This document shows, in pieces, positions 1 to 13,382 of a DNA stretch of 64,000 nt. Where the stretch lies: positions 30,876,001 to 30,940,000 of the forward strand of contig OX597831.1 in the NCBI GenBank assembly GCA_951406725.2, in the 5' to 3' direction. The translations under genes were made by a program, and so were the position numbers. The stretch comes from Octopus vulgaris. Lineage: Eukaryota. The first letter of the stretch is position 1. The number at the start of each line of letters is the position of its first letter. The notes under the pieces were generated by a model. That model saw nothing but the letters and a program-made list of their open reading frames with translations, was not told the DNA's origin and made no database searches.

Positions 1-115
1 TGTTGTACATGTACATAGATTTATGTTTTTTTTGCCCCTGTCGATTATGTGATTGCTTATGTGTGTGTGTGTCTGTGTGTGTGTGTCTGTGCGCACGCGC
101 CTATGGGTGCTTGTA

Positions 116-169
<54 letters not shown>

Positions 170-337
170 GTGTATGTGTACGAGTGCGCGTAAGTACGTA
201 CTATGTGTCTGTGCACATGTAAAAATTGGATGTAGGTGTGACTCGAATGATTGTATATAGGTATCTGTTATCATGTACGTACTCCTATCGATGGATTCTG
301 GGGGATGCAGAGGTAATTGTTCTGTTGGTAATACTGC

Positions 338-503
338 ATTCCGCCGATGTCGACTTTGCCTTTCATCCTTTCGGGGTCGATAAATTAAGTACCATATACT
401 CACTGTGGTCGATGTAATTGACTTAATCCCTTTGCCTGTCCTTGTTTGTCCCCTCTGTGTGTCACACCTCTGTGTGTAGCCCCTTGTGGGTAGTAAAGAA
501 ATA
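338..503 (+). mobile_element. SINE family A (Meta-domain-like core), 5'-truncated
   Basis: gtcgactttgcctttcatcctttcggggtcgataaattaagtacc...ccccttgtgggtagtaaagaaata is shared with more than 10 copies in the window. Confidence 0.8.
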
Positions 504-938
504 TACGCTGTTAACCCTTATTCCATTCTGTCTTTCCTCTCATCCCTATTGTTTCCATTCTATCTTCCTCCTCTTTATTTTATTTCTCTAGTTATCTTTC
601 TAGTTCCATTTAAAAAAAGAAATTAGTTGTAGCCCTGTCCGATGATTGTTTTATGACCCACTGACCTCTGACATCGCAGCTGGTTAAATCTAGCTATCCC
701 TTGGTGTGTTTTCACTCTCTTCAATGATGCCTAACTTAGAGCCTCAATCTACAGCTTATGGTGATTTTTCTCATGTTCTTGATCTCCAAACAGAGAAGAT
801 AAACTGTTTTCACATCAAATATTCATAAAATTTTACTCATATTTGATAAGATGAGATTCCTCGAAACCGTTAATATTTTCTTTACATAATTTTTAAAATC
901 ATTTTTAATAAATGTCCTCTTAAACTAAAATGTCTTAC

Positions 939-977
<39 letters not shown>

Positions 978-979
<2 letters not shown>

Positions 980-1162
980 TGCTTTCGGCGCGAATAGCTT
1001 CTTTTTTTTTTTCATACGGCGCCATTTTTAGAATCCTGTAAATAATAATGGCATTTTTTATATAAGCTTAATGCTTATGGCGATAAACATGCAATGACTA
1101 ACAAAAAATAGACTAATAAAGGGGCATATAAACCCTCAACAGAACAAAGAAGACTTTCCTAT
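978..1162 (-). mobile_element. SINE family E fragment
   Basis: Aligns with 8605-8803 (gctttcggYgcgaa...aatcctgtaaataataat...taagcttaaWgcttatggcgat...ctttcctat). Confidence 0.6.
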
Positions 1163-1183
1163 ATCTATCTATCTATCTATCTA

Positions 1184-1231
<48 letters not shown>

Positions 1232-1261
1232 CATACATACATACATACATACATACATACA

Positions 1262-1323
<62 letters not shown>

Positions 1324-1523
1324 CATACATACATATATGCATACCTGGTTATACATACATACATGCTTATATAAATGTGTGAATGTATGTTTGCGTCTAT
1401 GTACATTGGTGCTCTTATCTGTGTGCATATGCGTGTGTGTTTGTATGTGTGCTGTTTGTGTGATTGATTGTGATTGTGTGAGTTTGTGTGTGTGTGTAAG
1501 TGTTTGTGTGTGTGTGTGTGTGT

Positions 1524-1561
<38 letters not shown>

Positions 1562-2363
1562 GAATGCATTCGTGGTTCTACATAAATCATTCGAAAATGG
1601 CGACACTCCACCGTTACTCTGAATTGCATGATTCTAAATGGATAGATTAATAAGGTAATTTACGGGCTATGTATATATATATATACATATATATATATAT
1701 GTATGTATGTATATGTGCATGTGTGAGTGTATGTATCTGGATGTGTATGCGAGTGTGTGTATGTATGTGTTTATATATGTGTATCTGTGTGGGCGTGTGT
1801 GTATGTATGTTTTTATGTGTGTATGGTTGTGTGTGTATGGTTGTGTGTGTATTTAATCTCATATATATCTGTGCCTGTTTGTTGTCTGTATGATATATAT
1901 ATATATATATATATATTAACACAAATACATATATATATATACATGTTTGCATGTATGTATGTATGTATGTATGTATGTATGTATGTATGTATGTATATGT
2001 ATATTTATGCGCACATATGCTTAAACATGTGTCCCGGTATTGATTACCAAGCGAGAGGAAGCAGCTGATATATTAAGGGAAAACAAGGGTGAGTTAGTGT
2101 GACATTCGTTCATTTGTCAAGGTCGTTTGTGGCGTGGCTCAAGTGATTAATCTTTAGCTGCGCGTGAATTGAACTGCATTGCCCTTTATATAATCAGGAG
2201 CTTTCCACATGTTGCGCGACGCTTGCCGTCTAATACATACACACACGCATGCACCCACACTGATATGTACGCATACAGAAAGACACACGCACGCACTCAC
2301 GCATATATACATATATATGTACGCAATTTATAAATGTGTCTGTATTTTTCTCATAAATCTACA

Positions 2364-2666
2364 ATACATACATACATACATACATACATGCATGCATACA
2401 TACATACATTTATACATACATACATTTATACATACATACATACATACATTTATACATACATGCATACATACATTTATACATACATACATACATACATACA
2501 TACATTTATACATACATACATTTATACATACATACATTTATACATACATACATACATTTATACATACATACATTTATACATACATACATGCATACATACA
2601 TACATACATACATACATACATACATACATACATACATACATACATACATACATACATACATACATA
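2364..2666. repeat. (TACA)n microsatellite with variants
   Basis: Direct reading. Confidence 0.95.
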
Positions 2667-2849
2667 ATATAAACACATACACACATAAGGATACTCATCT
2701 TAGAAGAACAGAATGAAATAAGTGGGGCAAGAGAGAACACACACGAAAATGAAAGTGTCGCTGAAGAGGTGTAGCGAAAGATTTCAGGACAATGGACATG
2801 AGTTAAAATAATAAAATAAGAACAGTAAGAAACGAGTAAAAAAGAACAG

Positions 2850-2908
<59 letters not shown>

Positions 2909-3394
2909 TGTATATATATAGTGCGTGTGTTTATTTGGCAAAAAGAAAAAATGACTACCCTGAAATACAACTACATACACACACACATACACACACACAC
3001 ATATATATATTATATGTATATATGTAAGGATCGATAGATTTATTTATTTATATGTATGCATAATTCTTGATTTCTTGTTCTTGTTGTCGTTTTGTATACA
3101 TTCGTTTGCTTTTCCCCAGAGGCTTAATGCTCTGGCGCTTGCCGGATTCGAGCGGTCTCAAGGGTAAAAAAGTGCGAAACTGCCATGACTTTCGAGACAC
3201 TGACTGACGAGTGAATCGGCTGCGAATGGTCCGTGTATCTTGTTTTTGTCCAGGTTTCCTGTTCGTTACGCTATCGTCTATTTTTCCATATGTTGTTTTT
3301 TGTTGGAATTCCCCTTTTTGCGTTCTTTCTGTCTTAGCCTTGATTTATATTTATAAATGAGAGTGTGGTTATGTATATATGTACATGTGTCTTT

Positions 3395-3741
3395 GGTTGT
3401 GCGGTAAGAAGCTTGCTTCCCAACCACATGGTTCCAGATTCAGTCCTACTGCACGGAACCTTGGGCAACTGACTTCTGCTATAGCCTCAGCCTGAACAAA
3501 TCCTTATGAGTGGATTTCGTGGACGGAAACTGAAAGTAGCCCGTCGTATATATTTATGTGAGTGTGTCTTTATGTCCATATTTGTCCCCCACTATCGCTT
3601 GACTACCGATGCCGGAGTGTTTACGTCACCGTAATTTAACGGTTCGGCAAAAATGTCCTGGAGTCGATTTCTTCGACTAAAATCCCTTTAAGAGGTGCTT
3701 CAGCATGGCCGCAGTCAAATGACTGAAACAAGTAAAAGAAT
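3395..3741 (+). mobile_element. SINE family B (tRNA head, CORE-like accttgggcaag, internal TA/TG tract)
   Basis: Matches the full-length copy at 25195-25598; ends cagtcaaatgactgaaacaagtaaaagaa. Confidence 0.8.
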
Positions 3742-3771
3742 TACAGAATTAAAGAATATATGTATATGTAT

Positions 3772-3962
3772 AGTTTAAATTTACAGGAAAACAAAAGATG
3801 AAGACTGGTGTATGAACAACAAGCAAGTGTATTAGTTTGACGCTCGGGAAAGTGAGAAAGTATTTTATGTTTCGAGCCTACGCTCTTCAATAGAAAGGAA
3901 TTAGAGAAAATAAACAGAGAGAGGATACAAAAATGTGTGGATTTAGCGATCAAGCATGGCGA
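3772..3962 (-). mobile_element. Penelope-type terminal repeat (pLTR-like family P1) with degenerate hammerhead
   Basis: Similar to 4950-5160 and 63105-63305. Minus strand reads CTATTGA-A-GAGC-GTAG-GCTC-GAAAC at 3863-3896. Confidence 0.6.
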
Positions 3963-4620
3963 TTGGTTGGGAAGAGAAAAGTTTGATAGATGTAGAAAGA
4001 AGGGGTTGTAGGGGTTGAAGGGGTTATCAATGAAGAGAGAAAGTGGGTACGAGTGACGAAAGCAAGTAGGTGTCAGAGGAAGAGAAGTGAGGAGAGGTGG
4101 GTAGGCGTGAAGAGAGGTAGGTGTCAGATGAAGAGAGGAGAGGATGGGAGTCAGATGAAGAGAATGGAGAGAGAGGGGGAAGAGAGATATGTATATCTAC
4201 CTTTCTATCAATCTATGTATATTTGTGTATGTGTGTGTGTGTTTACAAAAAAAAACTTTAATAAATCACGTTTTATAAAATGAAATTTCTCTCTTCCCTA
4301 CTAACAATCGTACATATAATGCATGAAACATTGGCATCTCGTGACTTTGAGTACCATAAAGTAATCTACGCATAAATGTTTTAGATGTTTCCAATGTATT
4401 TTTGTAACCGTAAGTTTTTTGTGTAGATGTATAATAACAATATAAAACAATGAAGCATAAAATTATAGTTGGGTTATTTTCTCCATAAGTTCATTCTGCT
4501 ACAATAATAGCAACAACTATGTAATTCTTTCATTCTCTAGTTCTGATGAAATTTGCTAACAAAATTATAATGGAGTATCCTGTATGCTGAAAACGTATAT
4601 AGTCTTATATAAAGAGAGAT

Positions 4621-4670
<50 letters not shown>

Positions 4671-4949
4671 GTATGTGTGTGTGTGTACGTGTCTCCATCA
4701 CTTCACAACGGGTGTTGGTGTGTTTAAGACCCCGTATCTTAGCGATGGAATTAGTACTAAGCTTAAAAGAATAAGTCCTAGTGTCGATTTGTACGACTAA
4801 ATTTCTTCAAGCCGAGGAAGGCAGTCTATTTCAAATTAATCTAACGCTTGCATTGTTCGATTAAATGGAACCGCCTGAAACGGCCGTAATGCACTAATAC
4901 CTTGACATCCTTGTTACTTATTTGCTTTGCATATATACATATATATGAA

Positions 4950-5160
4950 GTTCAAATTTACAGAAAACAAATGACGAAGACAGCTAAGGGAACAACTAGC
5001 TGGTGTATAATTTGACACTCAAGAAGGATGGAAAAGTCTTTGATGATTTGAGACTACACTCTTCAACAGAAAGGAGTGGCAATAAAAAAATGGTGAGAGA
5101 ACGAAAAGGGAAAAAAATGGAGCGAGGAAAAACTTTGTAGGTATTAACGGTTCAACATGG
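4950..5160 (-). mobile_element. Family P1 pLTR-like copy, more decayed
   Basis: aaatttacagaaaacaaatgacgaagacag...tttgacactc...ctcttcaacagaaagg aligns to 3772-3962. Confidence 0.55.
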
Positions 5161-5189
5161 TATGTGTATGTATATTTATTTGGCTGCGG

Positions 5190-5535
5190 TAATGCAGTGG
5201 CTCCGGCTAGAATTAATTTAGTCGTACAAATCAACCCTGGGACTTATTCTTTTAAGCTTAGTACTTATTCCATCGGTTATTTATTCCGAACCGCTAAGAT
5301 ACACACCAACACCGCTTGTGAAGTGATGGAGACCCGTACACACACACACACACACACGTATATAAATATATATATATAGAGAGAGAGAGGGGGAGAAAGG
5401 GGAGAGAGAGAGAGAGAAGATAGTCTTCTTCCTGCTTCCGTATGCCAAATCCAGTCACAAGGCTTTTGTCGTCCCCAGGCTATGGTGGAAGACACTTGCT
5501 TAAGGTACGTACCGCACAGTCGCGTCTGCAACCAT
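5190..5535 (-). mobile_element. SINE family B, diverged
   Basis: ggacttattc...agtacttattc...ccgaaccgctaag...ccaaatccagtcacaaggc...gaagacacttgc. Confidence 0.7.
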
Positions 5536-5550
5536 ATATATATATATATA

Positions 5551-5575
5551 CTAGCAGTATCGCCCGGCGTTGCTC
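5551..5575 (-). mobile_element. 3' terminus of non-autonomous Helitron family H1 within (TA)n
   Basis: ctagcagtatcgcccggcgttgctc is identical to 41952-41976. Confidence 0.6.
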
Positions 5576-5786
5576 ATATATATATATATATAGCAAAAAA
5601 ATGGTAAAACGGTAAAAGATAACAAAAGAAAGAAAGAGACCATGTCAATATTATGTAAATAGAGGAACTTTTCAAAATTTTATCTATAAAATAATGTTAC
5701 ATTACGTGGTCAGGATGAGGTCGAGAAAACAGATAAAACTCTGAGTTTTATCTATGACTATATATATATATGTATATATATATTAT

Positions 5787-5870
<84 letters not shown>

Positions 5871-6309
5871 TATATATACACATATATACATATTTACATA
5901 TATATATATACATACATACTTATACATACATACATACATACATACATACATACATGCATACATACATACATATATACATACATACATACATATACGTGCA
6001 TGCTCATTCACGCATGCATTTTTTAATATTTGCTTATGTTGAGACACAAAACATGGCAGTCACCGGTACAGTTTGAAGTTGTAAACTGCGTGGTGCCTGC
6101 TTTGTGTTTAGATGTGTGTGTAAGGTAAACAGACCGTGTTTTACATTTTCGTGTCACGGTTTCGTACAACTGGCGTTTCAGCCAACATCACACACGCACG
6201 CACACACACAGACACATACACATTTACGCACGCGCACAAGGATACACTCACACGCACACACACACACACGCATGCACACATACAGCCAAGCCAAACATAT
6301 TGACAATAT

Positions 6310-6970
6310 TGATGATGTTGGTGGTGGGTTGTAGTAGTGATGATGCTGGTGGTTATGATAGTGATGGTGATGGTAGTGGTGGTGGTGGTGGTGGTGGTGG
6401 TGGTGGAGGGGGGTGTTGGTGGTTGTGTGAATCGTGATACTGATGGCGATAATAGTGGTGATTGATTGTAGTATTGGGGATGATGATGATAATGGTGATG
6501 ACGACGATGATGACGACGACGAAGATGAAGATGATGGTAGTGGTGACTACGGTGATGATGCTAGCGGTGATGCTGATGACAGTGATCGTAGTGATCATGG
6601 TGTTGATGATTGATGATGATGATGATGACGATGATGATGAAGATCATGATGATGGTGATGATGATGGTGATGATGGTGGTGGTGGTGGTGGTGGTGGTGA
6701 TGATGATGATGATGATGATGATGATAGGAATGATGATGGTGACGACGATGGTGATGATCATGATGATGGTGATGATAATGATGGTAATGGTGATGGTCAT
6801 GGTGGTGGTCATGATGGTGACGATAGTGATGATGATGATGATGATGATGGTTGTGGTGGTGGTGATGGTGATGATGATAATTATAATGGTGATGATGATG
6901 ATGATAATGATGGTGATGGCCATGATGGTTGTGATGATAGTGATGATGATGATGATGATAATGATGACGA
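6310..6970. repeat. Compound (GAT)n/(GGT)n trinucleotide low-complexity tract
   Basis: Direct reading; produces spurious poly-D/H/M ORFs. Confidence 0.9.
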
Positions 6971-7101
6971 ACCCAAGACCACACAAGTGACTGTTTTCAC
7001 AGTACCTTGTAATGGCGGTGGAGGAAGTGACATCAAAGTCTGCAGATCGTTGCAGGAGTTTATCGGACAGGCGTTCAAAACGCGCTCATACTTTCTCTCT
7101 A

Positions 7102-7149
<48 letters not shown>

Positions 7150-7274
7150 TTGCATGATTAGAAGGAAATAGTGTGTTCTAGCGAGTCTATTACTTTAAGT
7201 GCATTGCCGTTTATATATGTATGTGTGTGTGAGTGTGTGTGTGTATGTTTTGTGTGTGAGTGTGTGTGTGTATG

Positions 7275-7329
<55 letters not shown>

Positions 7330-7826
7330 CGCGCGTGAGCAGGTGTGTATGTGTGAGTGTACTTGCGCGTCTCAGCACCTATGTAAACAAGGTCACAGAT
7401 ATTTCAGACTGTTAGACGTAGGGCTGACGCTTTGGCAAGTAGATTGTTTCAGGCGGGGATACGCTGTAGTCTGTGTGTATATATGTGTATGCGTGTTTGA
7501 ATGTATGTGTGTGTGTGTGTGTGTACTCATATATGCATGTATATTCGCTTGTATGCGTGGTTTTCTTTCTTTCTTTCCTTCTTTCTTTCTTTCTTCCTTT
7601 CTTTCTTTCTTTCTTTCCTTAATTATTTATCTCCATCTATGCGCCTGTATGTATGTATGTATGTGTGCATATATACGTAGACAGATGTATATTCACATAT
7701 AAGCATGCATACATATATCGGCTCATCTCCCCTTCTCTCTCCCCCTCTCTTTCTCTCTCTCTACCCCCTCACTCTGCCCCCTCTCTATCTTTATATATAT
7801 ATATGTGTATATATATATATATACAT

Positions 7827-7879
<53 letters not shown>

Positions 7880-7882
7880 TAT

Positions 7883-7950
<68 letters not shown>

Positions 7951-8477
7951 ATATCGTGACGTATATTTGCCATTTGAATATGGCTAACCCCTAAGGGTGG
8001 ATGCTACTGTACTTTGTAGCCCCAGGAAGACACCTCCTCCAGCTGGCTATAGACACACTTTCTGTGCCCTATCAGTATTTGTTATATATATATATATATG
8101 CGTATATTAACACATACATGAGTTTCATGCGTGTGTGCATGCATATCTGTGTATATGTGTGCATGTCTGTATATGCGTAATATGAACGAAAAACCCAGCT
8201 CACTTCCGAGAAACTCATATCCATAGACTTTCGGAACATTATAATTACCGTCGCAGTAAGAAAAAAAAAAAAAAAAAAAAAAGAACGCCCGTCTGTGAAT
8301 GTTTCATAGTCCATGTAATTGTTGTTACCAACACTGATGTCAGTGTCAAATAATGTGGCATTGAAGTCCGTTGTATATTTAGAATTACTGGGGTTTTTCA
8401 CGATCCCCTTTTTCGTTCATGCTCTTTTCTTTGTCCTAATTATAATATCATTTTAACTTTTATTGGATATATATATA

Positions 8478-8579
<102 letters not shown>

Positions 8580-8604
8580 TGTGTGTGTATGTGTGTGTGT
8601 GTAT

Positions 8605-8659
8605 GTGCTTTCGGTGCGAAAGGTTTTTGTTATACGGTGCCGTATTTTACAATCCTGTA

Positions 8660-8690
<31 letters not shown>

Positions 8691-8860
8691 GTATTTTTAT
8701 ATAAGCTTAAAGCTTATGGCGATCACCGTGCAATGGACCAAGGAAAATAGTCTGACAACGGGGAACACAAGCCCCAGACAGAAAAAAAAAGGAGGCTTTC
8801 CTATCTGCATGGGACCCGAACCCACATCCTTCTGTCAACGCGACCAAGTGTGTTACCCTT
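8605..8860 (-). mobile_element. SINE family E with tRNA-like head
   Basis: Minus strand starts gggtaacacacttggtcgcgttgacagaaggatgtgggttcgggtcccatgc (B-box-like GGTTCGGGTCC). The body matches 978-1162. Confidence 0.6.
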
Positions 8861-8960
8861 ACGAATATATATATATAGATAGATATACGCATACATGCAT
8901 ATACATATGTAAATATATATGTATATGTATGTGTATATATATATATATGTACACTTGTAC

Positions 8961-9009
<49 letters not shown>

Positions 9010-9014
9010 CATAC

Positions 9015-9046
<32 letters not shown>

Positions 9047-9349
9047 GTATGTGTGTGTGTGTGCGTGTGTGTGTGTGTGCATGTATATCTATATGGTTTT
9101 TCCATGCAATGCTTGGTGCCGTATCTGGACACATCACCAGTAATGCTTTTGGTGAGTCATTAAGTTTTTTACGCCTTTACTCCATCAATGTCCATCTCCC
9201 AAGTGACCCAGGCTGGTATTAATCAAATTCTAGATCGTGTCCAGTTAGCACCATCTCCTGGTCGCACCGCTTCTTCTAGGAGCATCTCCTGATCCACAGG
9301 CAACACGATCGACTTCCCCCAACCGATCTCAGAATGTATATATATATAT

Positions 9350-9515
9350 ATTCTTTTCTCTTATTTCGTCTATCAAATCAACCCCTGGACTTATTCTTTG
9401 TAAGCCTAGTACTTATTTTATGGATCTCTTTTGCCTAATCACTGAGTTACGTGGACGTAAACACACCAACATCGGTTGTCAAGCAATGGTGGTGGACAAG
9501 CACAAACACAAGTAT

Positions 9516-9606
<91 letters not shown>

Positions 9607-9778
9607 CGTACATATATACGACGCGCTTCTTTCAGCTTCCGTCTCCCAAATCCACTCACAAGGCTTTGGTCGGCCCACTGCTATGGTAGAAGACACTTGC
9701 GCAAGGTACCACGCAGTGGGACTGAACCCGGAACCATGTAGATGGGAAGTAAACTTCTTACCACACAGCTACTCCTGT
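9350..9778 (-). mobile_element. SINE family B
   Basis: Reverse complement of the 25195-25598 consensus, with internal (CA)n(TA)n. Confidence 0.8.
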
Positions 9779-9787
9779 GTATGTGTT

Positions 9788-10012
9788 TATGTATGTATGT
9801 ATGTATGTATGTATGTATGTATGTATGTATGTATGTATGTATGTATGTATGTATGCATGTATGCATGTATGTATGTATGTATGTATGCATGTATGTATGT
9901 ATGTATGTATGTATGTATGCATGTATGTATGTATGTATGTATGTATGTATGTATGTATGTATGTATGTATGTATGTATGTATGTATGTATGTATGTATGC
10001 ATGTATGTATGC

Positions 10013-10045
<33 letters not shown>

Positions 10046-10080
10046 TGTATGTATGTATGTATGTATGTATGCATGTATGC
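9788..10080. repeat. (TATG)n microsatellite
   Basis: Direct reading. Confidence 0.95.
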
Positions 10081-10889
10081 ATCGGTTAATTAGAAGTGTA
10101 AGTGTAATGCCCAAAACCCTTTTTGTGCTGCTCGCGGACGAGTGTGACCATGTGTGGATGTTGTCCTCTCTGACCAGGGAACTGGCCTGAATGCTTGCTA
10201 CAACATATACTCGAACGAGGGCGCATCGGGACCAATTTATGGTTGTTGTTGGTGATGATGACGGAGGTGATGGTGGTGATGATGATGGTTTTTTCATGGC
10301 TGTGTTGGTGGTGGTAGTGGTGGTGGTAGTGGTGGTAGTGGTGGTAGTGGTGGTGGTGGAGGTGGTAGTGGTGGTGGTGGAGGTGGTAGTGGTGATGGTG
10401 GTGATGATGGTTTTTCATGGTTGTGTTGGTGGTGGTGGTAGTGGTGGTGGTGGAGGTGGTAGTGGTGATGGTGGTGATGATGGTTTTTCATGGTTGTGTT
10501 GGTGGTGGTGGTGGTTATGGGGAAAGTAGCTGTGGTAATGATTGTTGTGATGTTGGCGGTGTAAACTAGCCAACAGATAATTGTTGTTGTTGTTGTTGTT
10601 GCTATTATCTATGTTGCTGCTGTAGCTGCTGCCGCCGCTGTTTTTCATTTCGTTGTTTCTGTTGTTACTTGTTCGGCCCCACAAGTCACCCCTGGCAGAT
10701 CATACGCACGATTGAGACAATCCAGTCATGATTAATCCCGTCATTTTAGGACCGTACAAAACTACATTCTTCAAAGTATCCGATTTGTTTTTGTTTATAT
10801 TTGTAACAGCTAAGAGAGAGAGAGATAGAGGATCACTTATGTTTTTTTACAGGGTGTTCTGTAGCTTTTGGAAGGTAAGCAGAGTTATA

Positions 10890-11112
10890 CCTATTTCTTT
10901 ATTACCCACAAAGGGCTAAACATAGAGGGGACAAACAAGGACAGACATAGGTATTAAGTCGATTATATCGACCTTAGTGCGTAACTGGTACTTATTTAAT
11001 CGACCCCGAAAGGATGAAAGGCAAAGTCGACCTCGGCGGAATTTGAACTCAGAACGTAGCGGCAGACGAAATACTGCTAAGCATTTCGCCCGGCGTGCTA
11101 ACGATTCTGCCA
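10890..11112 (-). mobile_element. SINE family A, near full length
   Basis: ctatttctttattaccca...gtcgacctcggcggaatttgaactcagaacg...cgcccggcgtgctaacgattctgcca. Confidence 0.85.
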
Positions 11113-11602
11113 TACCAACATCTAAAACGTGGACCGAAAGCTTTCAATAGAGCGGTGTCTGCTAAACAAGAATGATAATTAAAAAAAGTAGACATTTAGC
11201 TGCTATTTTTAGCATGCGGAGAAGCCTGGTAAAGGCATCTCTCTTGTGAGTTTTAAACTGGTATTTACTTTATATTCTATAGGGAGCAATCTGTGTGTGC
11301 GTACACACGAGTGCTTCTGTGTATGTGTATGGGTTTATGTATGTATGTATATGTGCGCTTATGTGTGCGTATATATATATGTCTGTGTTTGCGATTGGGT
11401 CTGCTTCAGTGTAATCCGTCATGGGTCTCCTAGATTTGACGTAAACTACGAAGAAATAGCGGTTTACAGGGGGCGAATGTGTGAACATTATTAAGACACT
11501 GTGTTTCGCTGTAGTCTGCTACATGCCTGGATTTATGGAAAATAAATTGAATTGACAAATACTCATGAAGTCACACACAAATTATACATACAGACGCGTA
11601 TA

Positions 11603-11677
<75 letters not shown>

Positions 11678-11881
11678 ATATATATATATATATATATATA
11701 TGAATAAAATCATGGAGTTTAACGCAGGTATAAATCAAATATATGTATGTGTATGTATGTATATATATACACATTCACGCACACACATACACACACACAC
11801 ACACATATACGTGTGTGTGTGCGTATATATATGTTGAAGCATGTACACACATATACCGGTATATATGTGTGTGTTCGTGCT

Positions 11882-11967
<86 letters not shown>

Positions 11968-12443
11968 TGTGCGTGCGTGCGTGCGTGCGTGCGTGTGTGA
12001 AAGCGTGGAAGTTTGAACAAGACTACTTTTGTGTCCCGGAATCCCCGGAAGGTGAGGGTTGAGTCCCCTTGCAAATTCATGGATTGTTAGTTGTTTTTAT
12101 TTATTTATTTTCTTTATCTTTTTTTCTTCTTCTTATTTTTCCTTTTAGAGAATAACCGGCAGATAATCACGATCATGCTCATAGCCCTCCGGGCCTCGAA
12201 CCGATCTCATAAAGCTGAAACACACAACCCAAACCTCACGTGGGCCTCACATTGGGCCCATGGTGGCTATACATACACTTGTAATACATAAAAGATATAC
12301 AAATTGAAAGGGTGACAGGATCTGTCTCCGGGTGAAATACACAACTCTTCTTCTCGTGCGTCCTGTATAGGGATACATGCACTCATAGTTATACATAGAC
12401 ATGTAATACATAAGAAATATACGAAAAGAAAGGGCGGACTGAC

Positions 12444-13382
12444 CTGTCTCCATAGTGATAGCTGTATGCTGTCACTAGCGGTAGTTTCCGAACTGAGCAG
12501 ACCTGCCACGATTAGATGACCACTGGGTAATAGAATTCCCAACATTACCGAAACCATCCTCTGCATGGGCATCAGTGTATAGACCATGAACACAACGAAC
12601 GCAACCTCCCATACTCCTTGGATTGGTAGCGACAAATACCTACTATCCGGGTAGTAACTGTTCTGTAAGATTAGACGAGTGTTACCGGGAGTAGGGGTCG
12701 AACCGGCAACGGCGTCGTTGTTGACAACATTGGTGACCACTTCGTCCTCGAGACCGACCCGGTACGTTCCGGCCGCTTTGTCAGATGTAAAACCGGACGG
12801 TAAAGAGGGCTTCAGTATGGAAGGGTTTTCAGTGCCGCTTTGCTCGTTGCTTGTAGGGTTAGCGTTGCGGTTGTTGTATTGATGGTCATGGTTGGTTAGA
12901 TGCTGTTTATAAATTGTGTTACTGTGTCCTCTGTCTTTGTTGTTGAAGTCGGTTTGGCTTTCGAGAGGGGGTCGATCGCCGAATGGAATGGGGAAAGACA
13001 TCGTGGCAAATATGACGAGGAAAAACATAAGGACGTAACAGAGGGGTATGAAATACGTTTCTTCCATATAGCGGGTATTGATGAAGACGAAAACAGCAAT
13101 GAAGAAAAGGCATTGTAATAACAAATAGATGCTCCGAATGGTCGGATAAAGGAGGTAGAAAAAATTGAGGGCTGCCAAGCAGATTGTTAATAATATAAAC
13201 ACGGCTAACATATAACCGATACTGGTTTGCTGTAGTTTGTATATATATCTCTTGTATAACTTTTCCAGTTCAACATTATCAAACTCATAGCGATTTAATA
13301 GTCGTTTTAATCTCTTTTTCCTCCGTGACATGATATATTCCGTTGTGGGGTTTTTCCCTTGAGGTCCACCGTTCCCAGTCAT
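12444..13382 (-). CDS. rut: First coding exon (313 aa) of a transmembrane adenylate cyclase, rutabaga/ADCY1-like; N-terminus plus TM1-TM5
   Basis: Translation has RYEFDNVELEKLYKRYIYKLQQ (cf. rutabaga-type F-x-N-x-ELE-x-LY-x-RY-x-x-KLQ), then hydrophobic helices and GVWEVAFVVFMVYTLMPM, the adenylate cyclase M1 motif. ATG at 13382 is in aaaATG context, with an alternative ATG at 13331. The exon ends TGG AGA CAG|gtcagt, a phase-0 donor at 12443. The ORF-track extension to 12267 is intron read-through. The subtype is assigned from recalled motifs. Confidence 0.88.

Noticed and set aside
6462-7157. 231-aa poly-Asp/Gly ORF and antisense poly-His ORF
   Set aside because: Trinucleotide repeat open in several frames; no domain signal.
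9100-9330. Possible second cyclase exon
   Set aside because: The minus-strand frames examined contain stops and show no adenylate cyclase motif.
12267-12443. C-terminal 58 aa of the 371-aa ORF
   Set aside because: Lies after a good GT donor and has no cyclase similarity; intron read-through.
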